Assembly: GCA_002269645.1 (NCBI GenBank)
Contig: NIVC01002975.1
Location: forward strand, 1 to 64,000
Reading direction: 5' to 3'
Origin: Macrostomum lignano
Lineage: Eukaryota
Length of the DNA: 64,000 bases
How positions within the stretch are numbered: position 1 is the stretch's first letter; every line of letters starts with the position of its first letter. A program made the position numbers and the translations under genes. Below are positions 42,525 to 54,937 of this stretch, one piece after another. Under the pieces are notes generated by a model. The model made no database searches, was not told the origin of the DNA, and was given only the letters and a program-made list of their open reading frames with translations.

Positions 42525-43037
42525 CGCTAGAGCTCAAATTATTTATTTGCACATGTTTAAACATGATGCATTCCGAACTATTCGACCAAGCTTATAAGTT
42601 TCTGCTATAGTATATTCGCATATGACCATACATTTGTTTTCCTTTAAAGAATTTTCTATTCATCTTATATGCGTAAATGTATATACACCCGGTAATATTT
42701 CTTATTTCAACAACTGACCGTGAAAATGTTATGCATCGGATTAATAAAGTACAATACAACACACTGACTGTTGAGTTTCCCGGGAAATTTTTTAAACTTG
42801 GAAATTTGCTATAACTCAAAGTACTCTGTGTCACTTTTCCCTCCGTTACTTTCACCACGATGTACAGAGAAAACCACGTAGGGGACCAGGTACCTGCTGA
42901 TAAGTGACAGATTTGCCGTTCCAACATGAGTACAAACTACTGCTTCATCTGAGCCGCAATCTGCCTAATTTCCAAGCGTCACAGCTTTCAATTAAAGCCA
43001 CAGCCTAACAGACACCCAGTTCACAGTCCATTCTGCT

Positions 43038-43615
43038 ATCCTCAGTGGGTCATAAAGCTATCCTCCGTGGGTCATAGAGCTATCCTCCATGGGTCATAGA
43101 GCTATCCTCCGTGGGTCATAGAGCTATCCTCCGTGGGTCATAGAGCTATCCTCCGTGGGTCATAGAGCTATCCTCCGTGGGTCATAGAGCTATCCTCCAT
43201 GGGTCATAGAGCTATCCTCCGTGGGTCATAGAGCTATCCTCCATGGGTCATAGAGCTATCCTCCATGGGTCATAGTGCTATCCTCCGTGGGTCATAGAGC
43301 TATCCTCCATGGGTCATAGAGCTATCCTCCATGGGTCATAGAGCTATCCTCCATGGGTCATAGAGCTATCCTCCGTGGGTCATAGAGCTATCCTCCGTGG
43401 GTCATAGAGCTATCCTCCGTGGGTCATAGAGCTATCCTCCATGGGTCATAGAGCTATCCTCCATGGGTCATAGAGCTATCCTCCGTGGGTCATAGAGCTA
43501 TCCTCCATGGGTCATAGAGCTATCCTCCATGGGTCATAGAGCTATCCTCCGTGGGTCATAGAGCTATCCTCCGTGGGTCATAGAGCTATCCTCCGTGGGT
43601 CATAGAGCTAGCCTC
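43038..43615. repeat. 22-bp minisatellite, about 26 copies
   Basis: Unit agagctatcctccgtgggtcat. Confidence 0.95.
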
Positions 43616-44120
43616 AGTAGGTCATTCGGTATCATTTAATATTATCCAGGCAAATCAAGTCTGATTTCCCCGATTAAAAGTACTAAAACAAGATAGAAAA
43701 ACACTGGTGCAGTTTTTGGTTTAGCAAGTTGCAGTCATTGCACTGCAGGATTATTATTTAACTAATACGAAGAAATAATTAAAAAACAACGAATTGCATT
43801 ATACATTAGACATTTAAAAAGCCAGACGGACACTTAACTACAAGTAACTAGTTAGATTTTACAATATTTTTTAAAGTTCTTAAAACTGCAGCAATCGCTG
43901 TAGAAGACCTATTAAATTAACATCTTCATCCTGTTTTACCGACTCCAGACTGCCTCAGGGCTCGAAATTAAGTACTTAGCACTGAAGATTGCAGAATAAC
44001 TTGAAAAACCAAATCCAGTGCGTGTGCATAGCGAGCAAGAGAGAAAAAGGTCACCCTAGGTCCCAGCCACGAGCCAGGCCGATAAACAGTTTAGCTTTCC
44101 TCTTGCCCGTGTGTGTCTGA

Positions 44121-44325
44121 CTTTGACCTCTCTCCTTACTGCGCTCTCATTGGCTGAGCCAGATTGGGCCTGGCCCCAAGGCCGAGTTTCGTCCTTTGAT
44201 CTCTCTCCTTACTGCTCTCTCATTGGCTGAGCCAGATTGCGCCTGGCCCCAAGGTCGAGTTTCGTCCTTTGATCTCTCTCCTTACTGCTCTCTCATTGAC
44301 TGAGCCAGATTGGGCCTCCGCCTCC
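44121..44325. repeat. 73-bp tandem repeat, about 3 copies
   Basis: ctttga(c/t)ctctctccttactg recurs at 44121, 44194 and 44267. Confidence 0.9.
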
Positions 44326-44735
44326 TAAGCTGAGTTTAATCTATCTTGCGTTCACTTGTGCACATCGAGTTAACTGCTTGTTCTTTCTTAAACCCATATG
44401 CTCCTGAGGCCGCAAACCCTGAGAAAGGAAAGGAAATTTTAGCTGACACATTAAATATTGGTAACAATGCGCAGACAACTACTTATAAAAGAGTAGACGC
44501 TATGCTTTTTTAAAAACTTTAATTGCGAGCGACATATCTAGCAATTCCAGTATCTGTGCTATTAAGCAATAAAAACTGTTATTTAAAAAAAATTATAACC
44601 CCACTTAAAAACATTTGAAGCTAGTTTGTCTTTGATAACTTTTTCAATGATAAATTTTAAAAAATTAGTTTACTAGCTATTTAAACAGCTGACGCTATTT
44701 CTTCATCTAGATTAGCTCGTATATCAGTTATACCA

Positions 44736-47700
44736 TTAATCAGCATTGGCTTCGCCTTCCGTTTTGCTGTCTGCCGCGGCGGCGGTGGCGATGGCGGCCC
44801 CGGTGTCGGTCTTGGCCGCTGTGCCGTCTCCGTTCTCGGAGGCCTTGCCAGCGGCAGAGGCGGCGGCCGTCTCGCCCCGGCTGTCCCGCTTCTGCCGCTT
44901 GTGCGACCTCGAGTCGCGCCTGCCGTCGCCGGCCTCGTCTTCGCTGTCGCTGAGCTCGTTGTCGCCGGAGACGCGCTTGTCTGAGGAGCGGATGCTCACC
45001 CGCTGCTCGTCCCGCTTGCCGCGGTCCTGCTCCGCCTCCTCCTGGGCGACGTCCTCGTCAACCGCCATGCCGTCTTCGGGATGTCTGGCGGCGTTGGGGA
45101 ATGGAAACTACTGATTGCAAATGCTCAACTTGCTACTTATTAGTAGCAATATGAAATTATTCAAAGTAAAATTTAAAATATCAATAGGATTTTAGTGCAA
45201 CAAATCTCATACTTGCTACTCGTTAGTAGCAATATGCAACTCTAAAGTAAAAACAGGAGAAATCAACCACAGGGATAACCACCCTGGGATTCCTTTCACT
45301 ATAACCCCATATGGAATTCTACTGATGGGGATTCCAATGGCTGGGATTTTATGGCAGGGGATTCTACTTAATTCACAGTGTATATCAAATCAAGAGTTTA
45401 TCTTCTTTATGCACCCCCATCCCAAATTAAAAAGCCATTAGCAAAGAACCGCAGGCAGCGCCAGACACGCACCCTGCATCTGCACCCCAGGCGAGTTCGG
45501 CAGCATTCGCAGATTCTCCAGCAGCCGAGTTTTGATCTTCTCCAGGTACTCGGGCGTGTTCTGGTTGGACATGTTCGACGGCTGGATGTGCAGCTTGAAG
45601 TCCGGCCCGAAGTACTCAAAGTAGTCATTGTAGGGTAGCTCGTTCGGAATCTCCTGGCCCAGGGCGATGGCCGTCTCGTAGGTCCAGCAGCGGGCCACGT
45701 TTCTAGGAATTGGGAATGATTTTGGGATCAGTTGGTCACGTTTCTAGGAATTGGGGGCGATTTTGGGATCAGCTGGTGACGTTTCTAAGAATTGGAGGGA
45801 TTTTGGGATCAGCTGGTCACGTTTCTAGGAATTGGGGAAGATTTTGGAATCAGCTGGTCACGTTTCTAGGAATTGGGGAAGATTTTGGGATCAGCTGGTG
45901 ACGTTTCTAGGAATTGGGGGCAATTTTGGGATCAGCTGGTGACGGCAACCAGCGTCCCATATTAATCATCAAGAAGCATTCCAGATTCCCAGATGAGGCA
46001 CCCTCATGAAACACCCAGAATCCCAGATTAAGGATGCAGAATAGCAGATGAAGCACCCAGAATCCTAAATAAGCACCCAGAATCCTAGATAAGCCCCCCC
46101 AGCATCCCAGATGAGGCTCCAGCATCCCAGATGAGGCACCCAGCATCCCAGATGAGGCAACCAGCTCACCTGATGGTGTAGCCGCCGCCACCCAGCAACA
46201 GCAGGGGGGTGTCGAACTTCTTCATGAACTGGACGCAGCGGCCGTGGCCCTTCAGCGACAGGTTGAAGCAGCCAAGGCGGTCCCCAGCCAGAGAGTCGGC
46301 ACCGCACTGCAGAACGGTGGCGGAGGGCCTGTAGTGCTCCATGACCTTGGTGATGACGGGGGCAAAGATCTGCTCAAATGCCTCATCGTCAATGCCGTCC
46401 CTCAGCGGAAAGTTCACAGCGTAGTGCTTGCCCCGGCCGGCCCCGATGTCCTTGAGGTCGCCGGTGCCGGGAAAGTACTCGCCGTACTTGTGAAACGAGA
46501 CGGTCATGACGCGGTCGGTGGTGTAGAAGGCCTCCTCGACGCCGTCTCCGTGGTGGATGTCGATGTCGACGTACAGAACCCGCTGGTGGTACTTGAGCAG
46601 CTCCAGGATTGCCAGCACGATGTCGTTGACGTAGCAGAAGCCGGACGCCTCGGACTTCTTGGCGTGGTGAAGGCCGCCGCCCCAGTTGATGGCGATGTCG
46701 GTGGCGCCCTTGTTCAGCTTGACGGCGCCGGCGATGGAGCCGCCCGTGCTGAGCTGGCAGAACTCGTACAGGCCGTCGAACACGGGGCAGTCCTCGCCGA
46801 CGTTGAAACGCTGCATCTGCTTGTTGAACTCGTGCATGTTGTCCGGCCGGATGGAGCGCAGGAACTTGATGTAGTCGTCGCTATGGAAACGCGTCATCTC
46901 TTCGGCTGTGGCCTTGTGCGGCCGGTAGATCTCCATCTTGCGGTACAGGCCGTAGTTGAGCAGCAGGTTGTGCGTCATCCTGATGCGGTGCGGCTTCATG
47001 GGGTGGCCCTGGCCATAGTAGTAGTTGCCGATGTCGCCTGGGCAAGTTGGTGGAAGCCGATATATGCTATATTATATCTTTATACAAAATACAAATGGGG
47101 TTAATAGGGTGACTAGGGTCGGGGAAAATTATAGAGATCAGAGCATATTGGTTGACACAGGGTTTGCCTTTTGTGAGTGTGACTGTGAATGCTAAAAACA
47201 CTCAATAACTATTATTTTATACTATGTGATTATTGTTTTGTAAGCTTTATATTCACATAATAGATTATAACAGTAATAAAATATACATGTGCATATTTTC
47301 CTCTTCTATTAGTTTTATATTTTCATAGCAAAGCTTTTCAAAAGTTCTGACTGATTTTCAAATAGAGAATTAAATTTTATCATTGTCACTAACTAACTTT
47401 ATAGCATAATTCTTTAGCTTCCCCTGCTTTATTATTTTAGCCTATGCCCTCCAAACAGTTAAATTGTGCCACAATGTCAATTGGACCATGTACCAATTCT
47501 TAATAATAAATAAAATTTTAATAGCAACAGCAAGAAATGCTTATGTTAGCATAGAAGCCCTGGAATACTTGCAGGCCTTAAGTGCTAATGATATTTTTTT
47601 AGCAACAAAGCAAAGTATTTATAGACTTTAACAATAATAAGTAAACCTTTGGCAGAACTATTTTTGTTAGATTTTTTTAGCTTTATATATGCTAAGCATT

Positions 47701-48219
47701 AAGAAACTTTTTTTCCTATTACTATGTATGACTATAAGTTCATGCATGTATATAATTTTCATGGCTCTTAATAACTCAACTTGGTTCTATTAAATATTCT
47801 AGATATGTAAAAAATATCATACAAGACTTAGGCCTAAAAGTAATGATATAGGCCTAATAGAACCTTGGAAAATTAGGCTACCCTTGGAATTTTTTTCTGA
47901 ACTCTCAGCACAGCATATGCTTGGCAATTTTTAGAATTTATTCCAATGAGGTCTTGTGCACTAAGAAAAATCAATACTTTTGCTTGCATTGAAAAATCCT
48001 ATGCACTTCAGACTTGTAGGCCTATGCTATGAGTCTGAGTATGACCAGGCCTAGGGCTGGGCATACATGTAGTAGTCAGATATGTTATATGTATAGAAAT
48101 ATATGTTTAATGTTAGTATTATTAGAATTTATAACATTCCCTTTCTTACAAGCATACTTAGACTTACCATCGTAATAATAGCAAACTCTTTTCTTGGTTC
48201 CAGTCAAAGAGCTGGTCAT
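44736..48219 (-). CDS. HDAC1: Class I histone deacetylase HDAC1/2 (Rpd3), with an apparent 1-nt frameshift in the last exon
   Basis: Exons 48219-48168, 47037-46170, 45702-45473 and 45084-44736. [54 protein letters not shown] and [14 protein letters not shown]. Confidence 0.95.
45697..45943. repeat. 41-bp array x6 duplicating the HDAC1 splice acceptor
   Basis: Minus-strand cccaattcctag|aaacgt recurs with AG ending at 45703, 45744, 45785, 45825, 45866 and 45907. Confidence 0.95.
45985..46160. repeat. Degenerate about 20-bp array at the HDAC1 donor side
   Basis: Unit cccagatgaggcacccagcat. Confidence 0.8.
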
Positions 48220-48894
48220 TCTGAGATTAAGATTCTGGTAATAATGTTGAACGAAACAATATTACAGAAATTTGGCCCTGATAATTTAACTTCAGTGGTA
48301 TAATAAGAGATGGTGATTCAGAAAAAGTCAATTAGTCAGCATCAGCAGAGCAAAACTCAAAAGCAAAGCTAAATTAACAACTGCAACTCGTTTGATCTTT
48401 GTTCGCTAGATAAATAGTAAATAAAAAATAGCGGCTGGGAAAAGTGTACTCGTAATTTAGTTCATGTTTCTTTTAAAATATTGTCACTGACGAGAACTTT
48501 TCATTCAACATGCACCAGATTAAAGAAAAGATCGGTAGTCAGAAGATTCATATATGCCTGAATCGGCTGAGGCCTCTGTTATAACTTTAAATGTATAAGG
48601 CAAGGACGACTAGTTGTTCTTGGGAATGTGCACATATAGGTACAATGTATGTTTTAAATGCATGTGTACATAAAATTCTATGGTTTTTGACGCATTAATC
48701 AATGGTTTTATATTCACTCTTAAAAAGGGAGGAATGTGTGAATATAAATCACGGATCGGAGTTTTTCATATTGTGCCAAAAAAAATGAAAGTTTCTACCT
48801 CGTGCATGACCGTAATATTCGCGGTGCGAAGGGAGTCCATAAGAATTGCCCGCAGACAAATTGCCCGCCGTGATTTGCCCGGTCTTCAATTCCT

Positions 48895-49950
48895 GCTGCT
48901 GCTGAGCCTCCAAAGCGGCTTCCGCTCGGACAGGTCCACTACCGAGCAGGTTGCCACCATCCGCTCTGTCATCGAGGCCTGCAAGACCCGCCAGCGCTCC
49001 GTGTCAATTATCTTCGCCGACTTTCGCAAGGCGTTTGACTCGGTGTCCAGGCCTGCGATCGCGTGGCTTCTATCTCATTATGGCGTACCTGCTGCGCTGC
49101 TGAGCGCGGTGATAGACCTCTACCGCAACTCCAGGGCTTTGTCATGTCGAGCGACGGCCCCACAGAAGAGTTCGGCACCAGCTCAGGCGTCCTTCATGGC
49201 GACGCGCTGGCTCTTCTGCTCTTCCTCGTAGTTGTGGACTACGTGCTTCGTCGGTCCCTCCGCGAGGATGACAGCTACTTCTTGCTGGTCCCACGCCGAA
49301 GCTCCAGACACCCTGCTGTTTCGCTTCTCGCTCTCGCGTATGCTGACAACATCGCTCTGCTCTGCCGCGATCCAGCTGCTGCCCAGCGCGCTCTCACAAG
49401 GCTTTGCAATGAGGGTGCCCGTGTTGGGCTGCGGCGATTGTCTCCGACAGGAGGAACCAGGCCTGGCGCGCCGCGCACTTCCTCAGGAACATTTTCATTC
49501 AGCTGCCAGAGAGGACCTGAAGGTGCGCCTGTTCCTCGCGGCCTTCTGTACGGCATGGAGGCTGTGCCGCTGACCGAGACGCGAGAGCGGGCCTTGGACG
49601 CGCTTTACCGATCGCTGCTGCGCTACGCGCTGGGCGTGCACTACCCGGAGCGCCTACCGACCAACGCTCTGATGGCCCACGCCGGAGCTCCGCCCCTGAG
49701 CGCTACCCTGCGCCGGCGCCGCCAGATGCTCCAGACCCTGGGTCGCGGTGCGCCCGTCCCTCTGGCCCTGGCCATGCTGCACCGGCCGACCGAGCAATTG
49801 CGCCACGGCCAGGCCCGCACTGCCACTCTAACGGACTGCCTCATCGCTGACTTGCAGGCGCTTAAGCTGACCCCTCAGGCTGCTGCTGCCTGCCCCTCCC
49901 GCCTGTTCTGCGAGCGCGTGCGCGCGAGGCGCCTCCCCACTGCGTCTTAA
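48895..49950 (+). mobile_element. RTE-like non-LTR retrotransposon, 5'-truncated and inactive
   Basis: QSGFR..RSTTEQV, IIFADFRKAFDSV, GVLHGDAL, YADN (YADD mutated), LLYGMEA..LDALYRSLLR. Frameshift near 49135 and an internal deletion. Confidence 0.9.
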
Positions 49951-51356
49951 TATATGTAATGACCATACTGCATACATATGTATATTCCGCGCAAAGCCAG
50001 GCCGAGTAGCCCGAGTAGTTGCAGACTAATTAAAAATGTATTTTTGGTAGACATAAATGTATTGGTTACTGATCAGATTTAATTATTAATTAAACTCAAT
50101 TCATGTACATGTACATGTAAATGTTATATTTAATCGCATAAAAATATACATGCACCTGAGATGCTGCACATGCAATAAATCATCAACATCCAGGATGTAA
50201 ATGTACATGTAAATTTAGACTGCATGCATATACGCATGTACATGCATGTATAAGATATTCTATGGGTTTGAGGTCGGTATGTGATTAAATCCTGAGAGCC
50301 ATTTAAACTACTTTAATTTTGCGGGATGTATTCAGATAAATCCCGGAGCCATACCTATGTCTATGGCTCATGTCTATGGTTGAAGTTCGGGATGGGTGTG
50401 TGGGGGCGAAGCCCCTGCTGGGAGTGTGGGGGATTTTTACCATAGACAAAATTTCATCAAGAAATTTCTCGAGTCACGAAGGAAGAGAAGAGAGAAGCTG
50501 CTCGCTTATTTAGATACATACAATAATTCTTGTAATATGTCCGGGAAAGTGATCGATTAAATCCGGCAAAATAAAATCTATGTCAATAACCTCCCTGAAA
50601 GTGAGCTTTAAAGTGGTTTAAGATTATGATTGTGGCTTTTTATGAATCTGTCATGAACATAAACAAGAATCGCCTGATACGAGGAGATAAGCCATAGACA
50701 GTATTTTGTATGTAATCCGCGGCATGTGCGACCTGAATAAAACGCCGTATCTCCGCCGGAGATAATGAGTTATCTCCGCTATCCATCTCTATCCATCTCG
50801 GTTGGTTTGTCTATGGTAGCTGAGTTACGCTAAACAGATTATCACCGCTCATTTAACACTGGGGGAATAGACGAGGCGCACAGGCAAATGGATTACATAA
50901 CAATTAAACAGTTTATAATTAAACAATCAAAAGTATAATTTTTAATCTACAGCTACAGCCTGCAAGCATGCATGCAGTGATGCAAGGTCTATTTTTTCCG
51001 TCAATTCCGTCAGTGCATCACGATCAGGTGTTATAATTGTTGAGTTCTCATTAGTTTTAGCCATTAAATGTATGATTCAATATTATTTTGCATGGCCGTA
51101 TACGAGTATTTAATGCACGTGTAATTTTTTAATACAAACTTAATTGCAGCAGGTTCGAACGCACGACGACAATTTTAGTATGGCATGGCAACACGCACGT
51201 TGCAACTCGAGCATATTATCGGAATGACGTACTGCACGTTGGACTGACTTATTAAGCCCTCTTATTGTAGAAGTGTATATATTTCGACTGAAAATATATC
51301 CAACAAAATAGCATAAACTAACCGTAGAAATTCAACAATTCACACAAGTTCACAAT

Positions 51357-52334
51357 ATGGCTTTGAGATATTTTATGCTTCTTTCATTGCTACCTTTATT
51401 CGTAGCGCTCTGCTGCTCTCAAGAGGTTCCCAACATCACTGCCGTCACTTCTGAGCAGCAAGTCACTCGCTTGCCCTTGATTAAGGAAACTACTCCCGTA
51501 CCTGAAGAGATTCAAACTACGGATCCGAAGAACGTGGAAACTACTATTCCGGAGACGGAAACTACTCCAATTCCGGAGACGGAAACTACTCCAATTTCGG
51601 AGACGGAAACTACTCCAATTTCGGAGACGGAAACTACTCCAATTCCGGAGACGGAAACTACTCCAATTCCGGAGACGGAAACTACTCCAATTTCGGAGAC
51701 GGAAACTACTCCAATTCCGGAGACGGAAACTACTCCAATTTCGGAGACGGAAACTACTCCAATTTCGGAGACGGAAACTACTCCAATTCCGGAGACGGAA
51801 ACTACTCCAATTCCGGAGACGGAAACTACTCCAATTTCGGAGACGGAAACTACTCCAATTCCGGAGACGGAAACTACTCCAATTTCGGAGACGGAAACTA
51901 CTCCAATTTCGGAGACGGAAACTACTCCAATTTCGGAGACGGAAACTACTCCAATTCCGGAGACGGAAACTACTATTCCTGAGACCGAAACTACGCCAGC
52001 TCCCATAGGTGAGACAACTTCCGACGTGGATGTAGTTGCTGAAATAACCTACAATCTCGACAATATCCTTGAACCAATAGATTTGGATGAAGAGCCGCTG
52101 CCCACGGAGGAGCCCGAGATCCCGGATGAGCCCGAGATCCCGGAGGAGCCAAATGTTGACATTGACAACTGGCCCGAAATACATGTAGACTGCGGCCTGA
52201 AGAAATGCCCAATTGCGTACAAGCCGGTCTGCTGCAACGGCATCACGGAGTGGAACTTGTGCCTGGCCAATTGCTTTTGGGACGACAACTGCCCGAACCC
52301 CATTCCTGGGGAGTGCAGCCCAGTACTGGACTAA
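51357..52334 (+). CDS. Secreted mucin-like protein (TETTPIPE repeats) with a C-terminal Kazal-like domain, intronless
   Basis: Signal peptide MALRYFMLLSLLPLFVALCCS, about 18 8-aa Thr-rich repeats, an acidic linker, and CGLKKCPIAYKPVCCNGITEWNLCLANC..C..C. Unique sequence flanks the repeat in the same frame. Confidence 0.85.
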   Translation: MALRYFMLLSLLPLFVALCCSQEVPNITAVTSEQQVTRLPLIKETTPVPEEIQTTDPKNVETTIPETETTPIPETETTPISETETTPISETETTPIPETETTPIPETETTPISETETTPIPETETTPISETETTPISETETTPIPETETTPIPETETTPISETETTPIPETETTPISETETTPISETETTPISETETTPIPETETTIPETETTPAPIGETTSDVDVVAEITYNLDNILEPIDLDEEPLPTEEPEIPDEPEIPEEPNVDIDNWPEIHVDCGLKKCPIAYKPVCCNGITEWNLCLANCFWDDNCPNPIPGECSPVLD

Positions 52335-52873
52335 AACTATATGGTCATATTTAATTTTTAAGCTACATGTATTTTCATTTATTCGAGACTCGAGAGTTTT
52401 AAGTTTTTTATCTCAACAATATAATTTTCCAATGATTTTCGATCCTTTCTACTTAGTGAAAATTCACGAGTAGCAGAGCAAGAAAATGTTATGCGCGTTG
52501 TGCTAAAAATTAAAACATTTATTTCTTGCATCTTAGTAAAATTCAAATTTTAAATTTAATGGCCTGAGTATGACTCTTGAGGGCGGAAGTCAATTCAAGT
52601 CATCAAAAGTGGTCTCTGGTGTGCTCGTAAACTTTTCCTACAGTTTTCTATGGGTTCTACTCGTATTATTTTATTTATACTTTATCAAGTTGCTGTTTAC
52701 TCGTTTTTATTCATGTAAGTAGGCCTTTAAATCAAAGATATCATGTGGTTTGAGAATTTTCATAAACCCACTGACTCTAAAATTCCAAGCATAAAAACTT
52801 TGTGTATGATTACTTCAAATAGCTGTGTAACTTGTGTTTTCTGGTTTTCTCTAACCGTTGAATTTCCAAAGGT

Positions 52874-52889
52874 AGCCCTTAAAAGGGCC
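52874..52889 (-). terminator. Histone-type 3' stem-loop with no histone gene attached
   Basis: Minus strand aaaac-GGCCCT-TTTA-AGGGCT-acc. Confidence 0.75.
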
Positions 52890-53094
52890 GTTTTACATTT
52901 CAGTTAAGTTTGTTGCCAAACAAACCTAAAAGTTATTCTCATGAAAAAACGCCGTTATAGTAGATAGTTTGAGAACTAAAAAACTATGTAAGAACAGTTA
53001 CGCCAATAATTATATCGATTATTGATTTAGGAAATCGAGTTGAGTTACTTCTTAATCGGAAATAGCATGGCATAAAACACGAACTTGTGAACAT

Positions 53095-53267
53095 CAGTGG
53101 CGTAGCCAGGATTTCCTTCTGGGGGGGGGGGAGCCGGAGGGGGGTCACAGTCAGTCACAGGCTCACAGCGGCAACCGGGGGCAGGGGGTGCTAGGCCTGA
53201 AAATATGGCCTGGATCAGCCGGCTGGGGGGTCATGACCCCCATGACCCCCCCTTGGCTACGCCCCTG
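53095..53267. mobile_element. 173-bp hAT MITE
   Basis: TIR cagtggcgtagcca / tggctacgcccctg (13/14) and a perfect 8-bp TSD GTGAACAT (53087-53094, 53268-53275). Confidence 0.92.
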
Positions 53268-53654
53268 GTGAACATCGTTGCTAAACCATTGTAACAGAAA
53301 CGGAAGATGGCTGGACACAACACTAGATGGCTGGAATTCCTGGAACAAAAGTGTAAATTTCTATATATGGCAGTGTATTAAAATGCCTAAAAATAAAAAC
53401 TAGTAAGTGCGTCGCTTCAGTTGCAAAAACGCTGTCCGTAAGAAATGTTTTAAGCATTAAGACTAAAGTGTATGAGTCTGCGCTATTAGGCCCCTATACA
53501 GTTAACAGATTTACATATTTCACTGGCAAGTGGCAATGTCGAGCTAGAATCTGTGGTTATTTCGAATATTGGGGCAAATGGGCAAAATTGACGCTTCTTC
53601 CGCGAAGCGTAGAGAAAAATTTAACTAATCGATAATTTCGTTTGCTTGTTTCAG

Positions 53655-53691
53655 CCAATGAGAGGGCAGCGAGGAAAACTGGGCTTATATA
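53655..53691 (+). promoter_or_regulatory. Putative H4 promoter
   Basis: CCAAT at 53655 and TATATA at 53686, about 90 nt before the ATG. Confidence 0.55.
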
Positions 53692-53764
53692 TCCCACTTA
53701 CCCTCCATGGAATGTTCTACATCAATTCTCACCTCTACCATTGAGTCTGCCAATTCTATTCTGA

Positions 53765-54091
<327 letters not shown>

Positions 54092-54214
54092 GCAAAGTCT
54101 GCGTTCCCATGCGAAAGTGGTTTTCTACTTCTAGATCAGATAGTTCTACGAGCTTGTGCGCTGTTAATGGGTTGATAGCTCTACCTATCTATTTCTTTTC
54201 ATGAACGTTAAAAC

Positions 54215-54230
54215 GGCCCTTTTCAGGGCC
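54215..54230 (+). terminator. Histone 3' stem-loop of H4
   Basis: aaaac-GGCCCT-TTTC-AGGGCC-acca. Confidence 0.95.
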
Positions 54231-54937
54231 ACCACATCTAAACGATGCCACGTAGTCCCATGGCTATATTACGTATACGCATGTTGTATCAAGCTGAGCC
54301 GGCAAATGTCATAGTAGGCAAATGACTAGGTCCTATTTATAGTTATATAATCATATAACTCGTTCCTAACGACCTAAGATTGATTTAGGGCTTGTTCAAT
54401 GCGGCCCATGATCAAAACGGCCCTTTTAGCGACAGCCATCAAATTCTGCTCTTACAAATTAATGGCTACGCTTAGATATTATTATTTAACATTCCATCAA
54501 GCATTTCACTAATATTTACGATAAAAATATCAATTACCTTTTAATTTGCCATCTCTAAAATTTAGCTTTTAGCAAATTCGGGGCGGGAATGTAGCGCCCT
54601 CGCCCCTCACTAAAATCATCCGATGTCGTACATACACATTCGTACATCTACAAATTTATTTTCATTTTAGTTTTAATCATTAGCATGATTAAACTGTGCG
54701 ACTGATTTATGTCAGTTATTTTTATGTGCAGATAAAAAAATTAAAGAAAAATATCAATTAAAACAAAAATAACGGAATAATTGGCGGGACTCGCTGCTGG
54801 CATATCATTTATTCTGCCTTTATTAGGAAATTAGAAAGTTTCTGTTTTCACAGACATTGCGAGGCTGCCTTTGAAAATTAAAGGCATGGCAAAACCGCGA
54901 CATCCTTGATATAATTAAGTGCCAGAGTGAGCGACAG

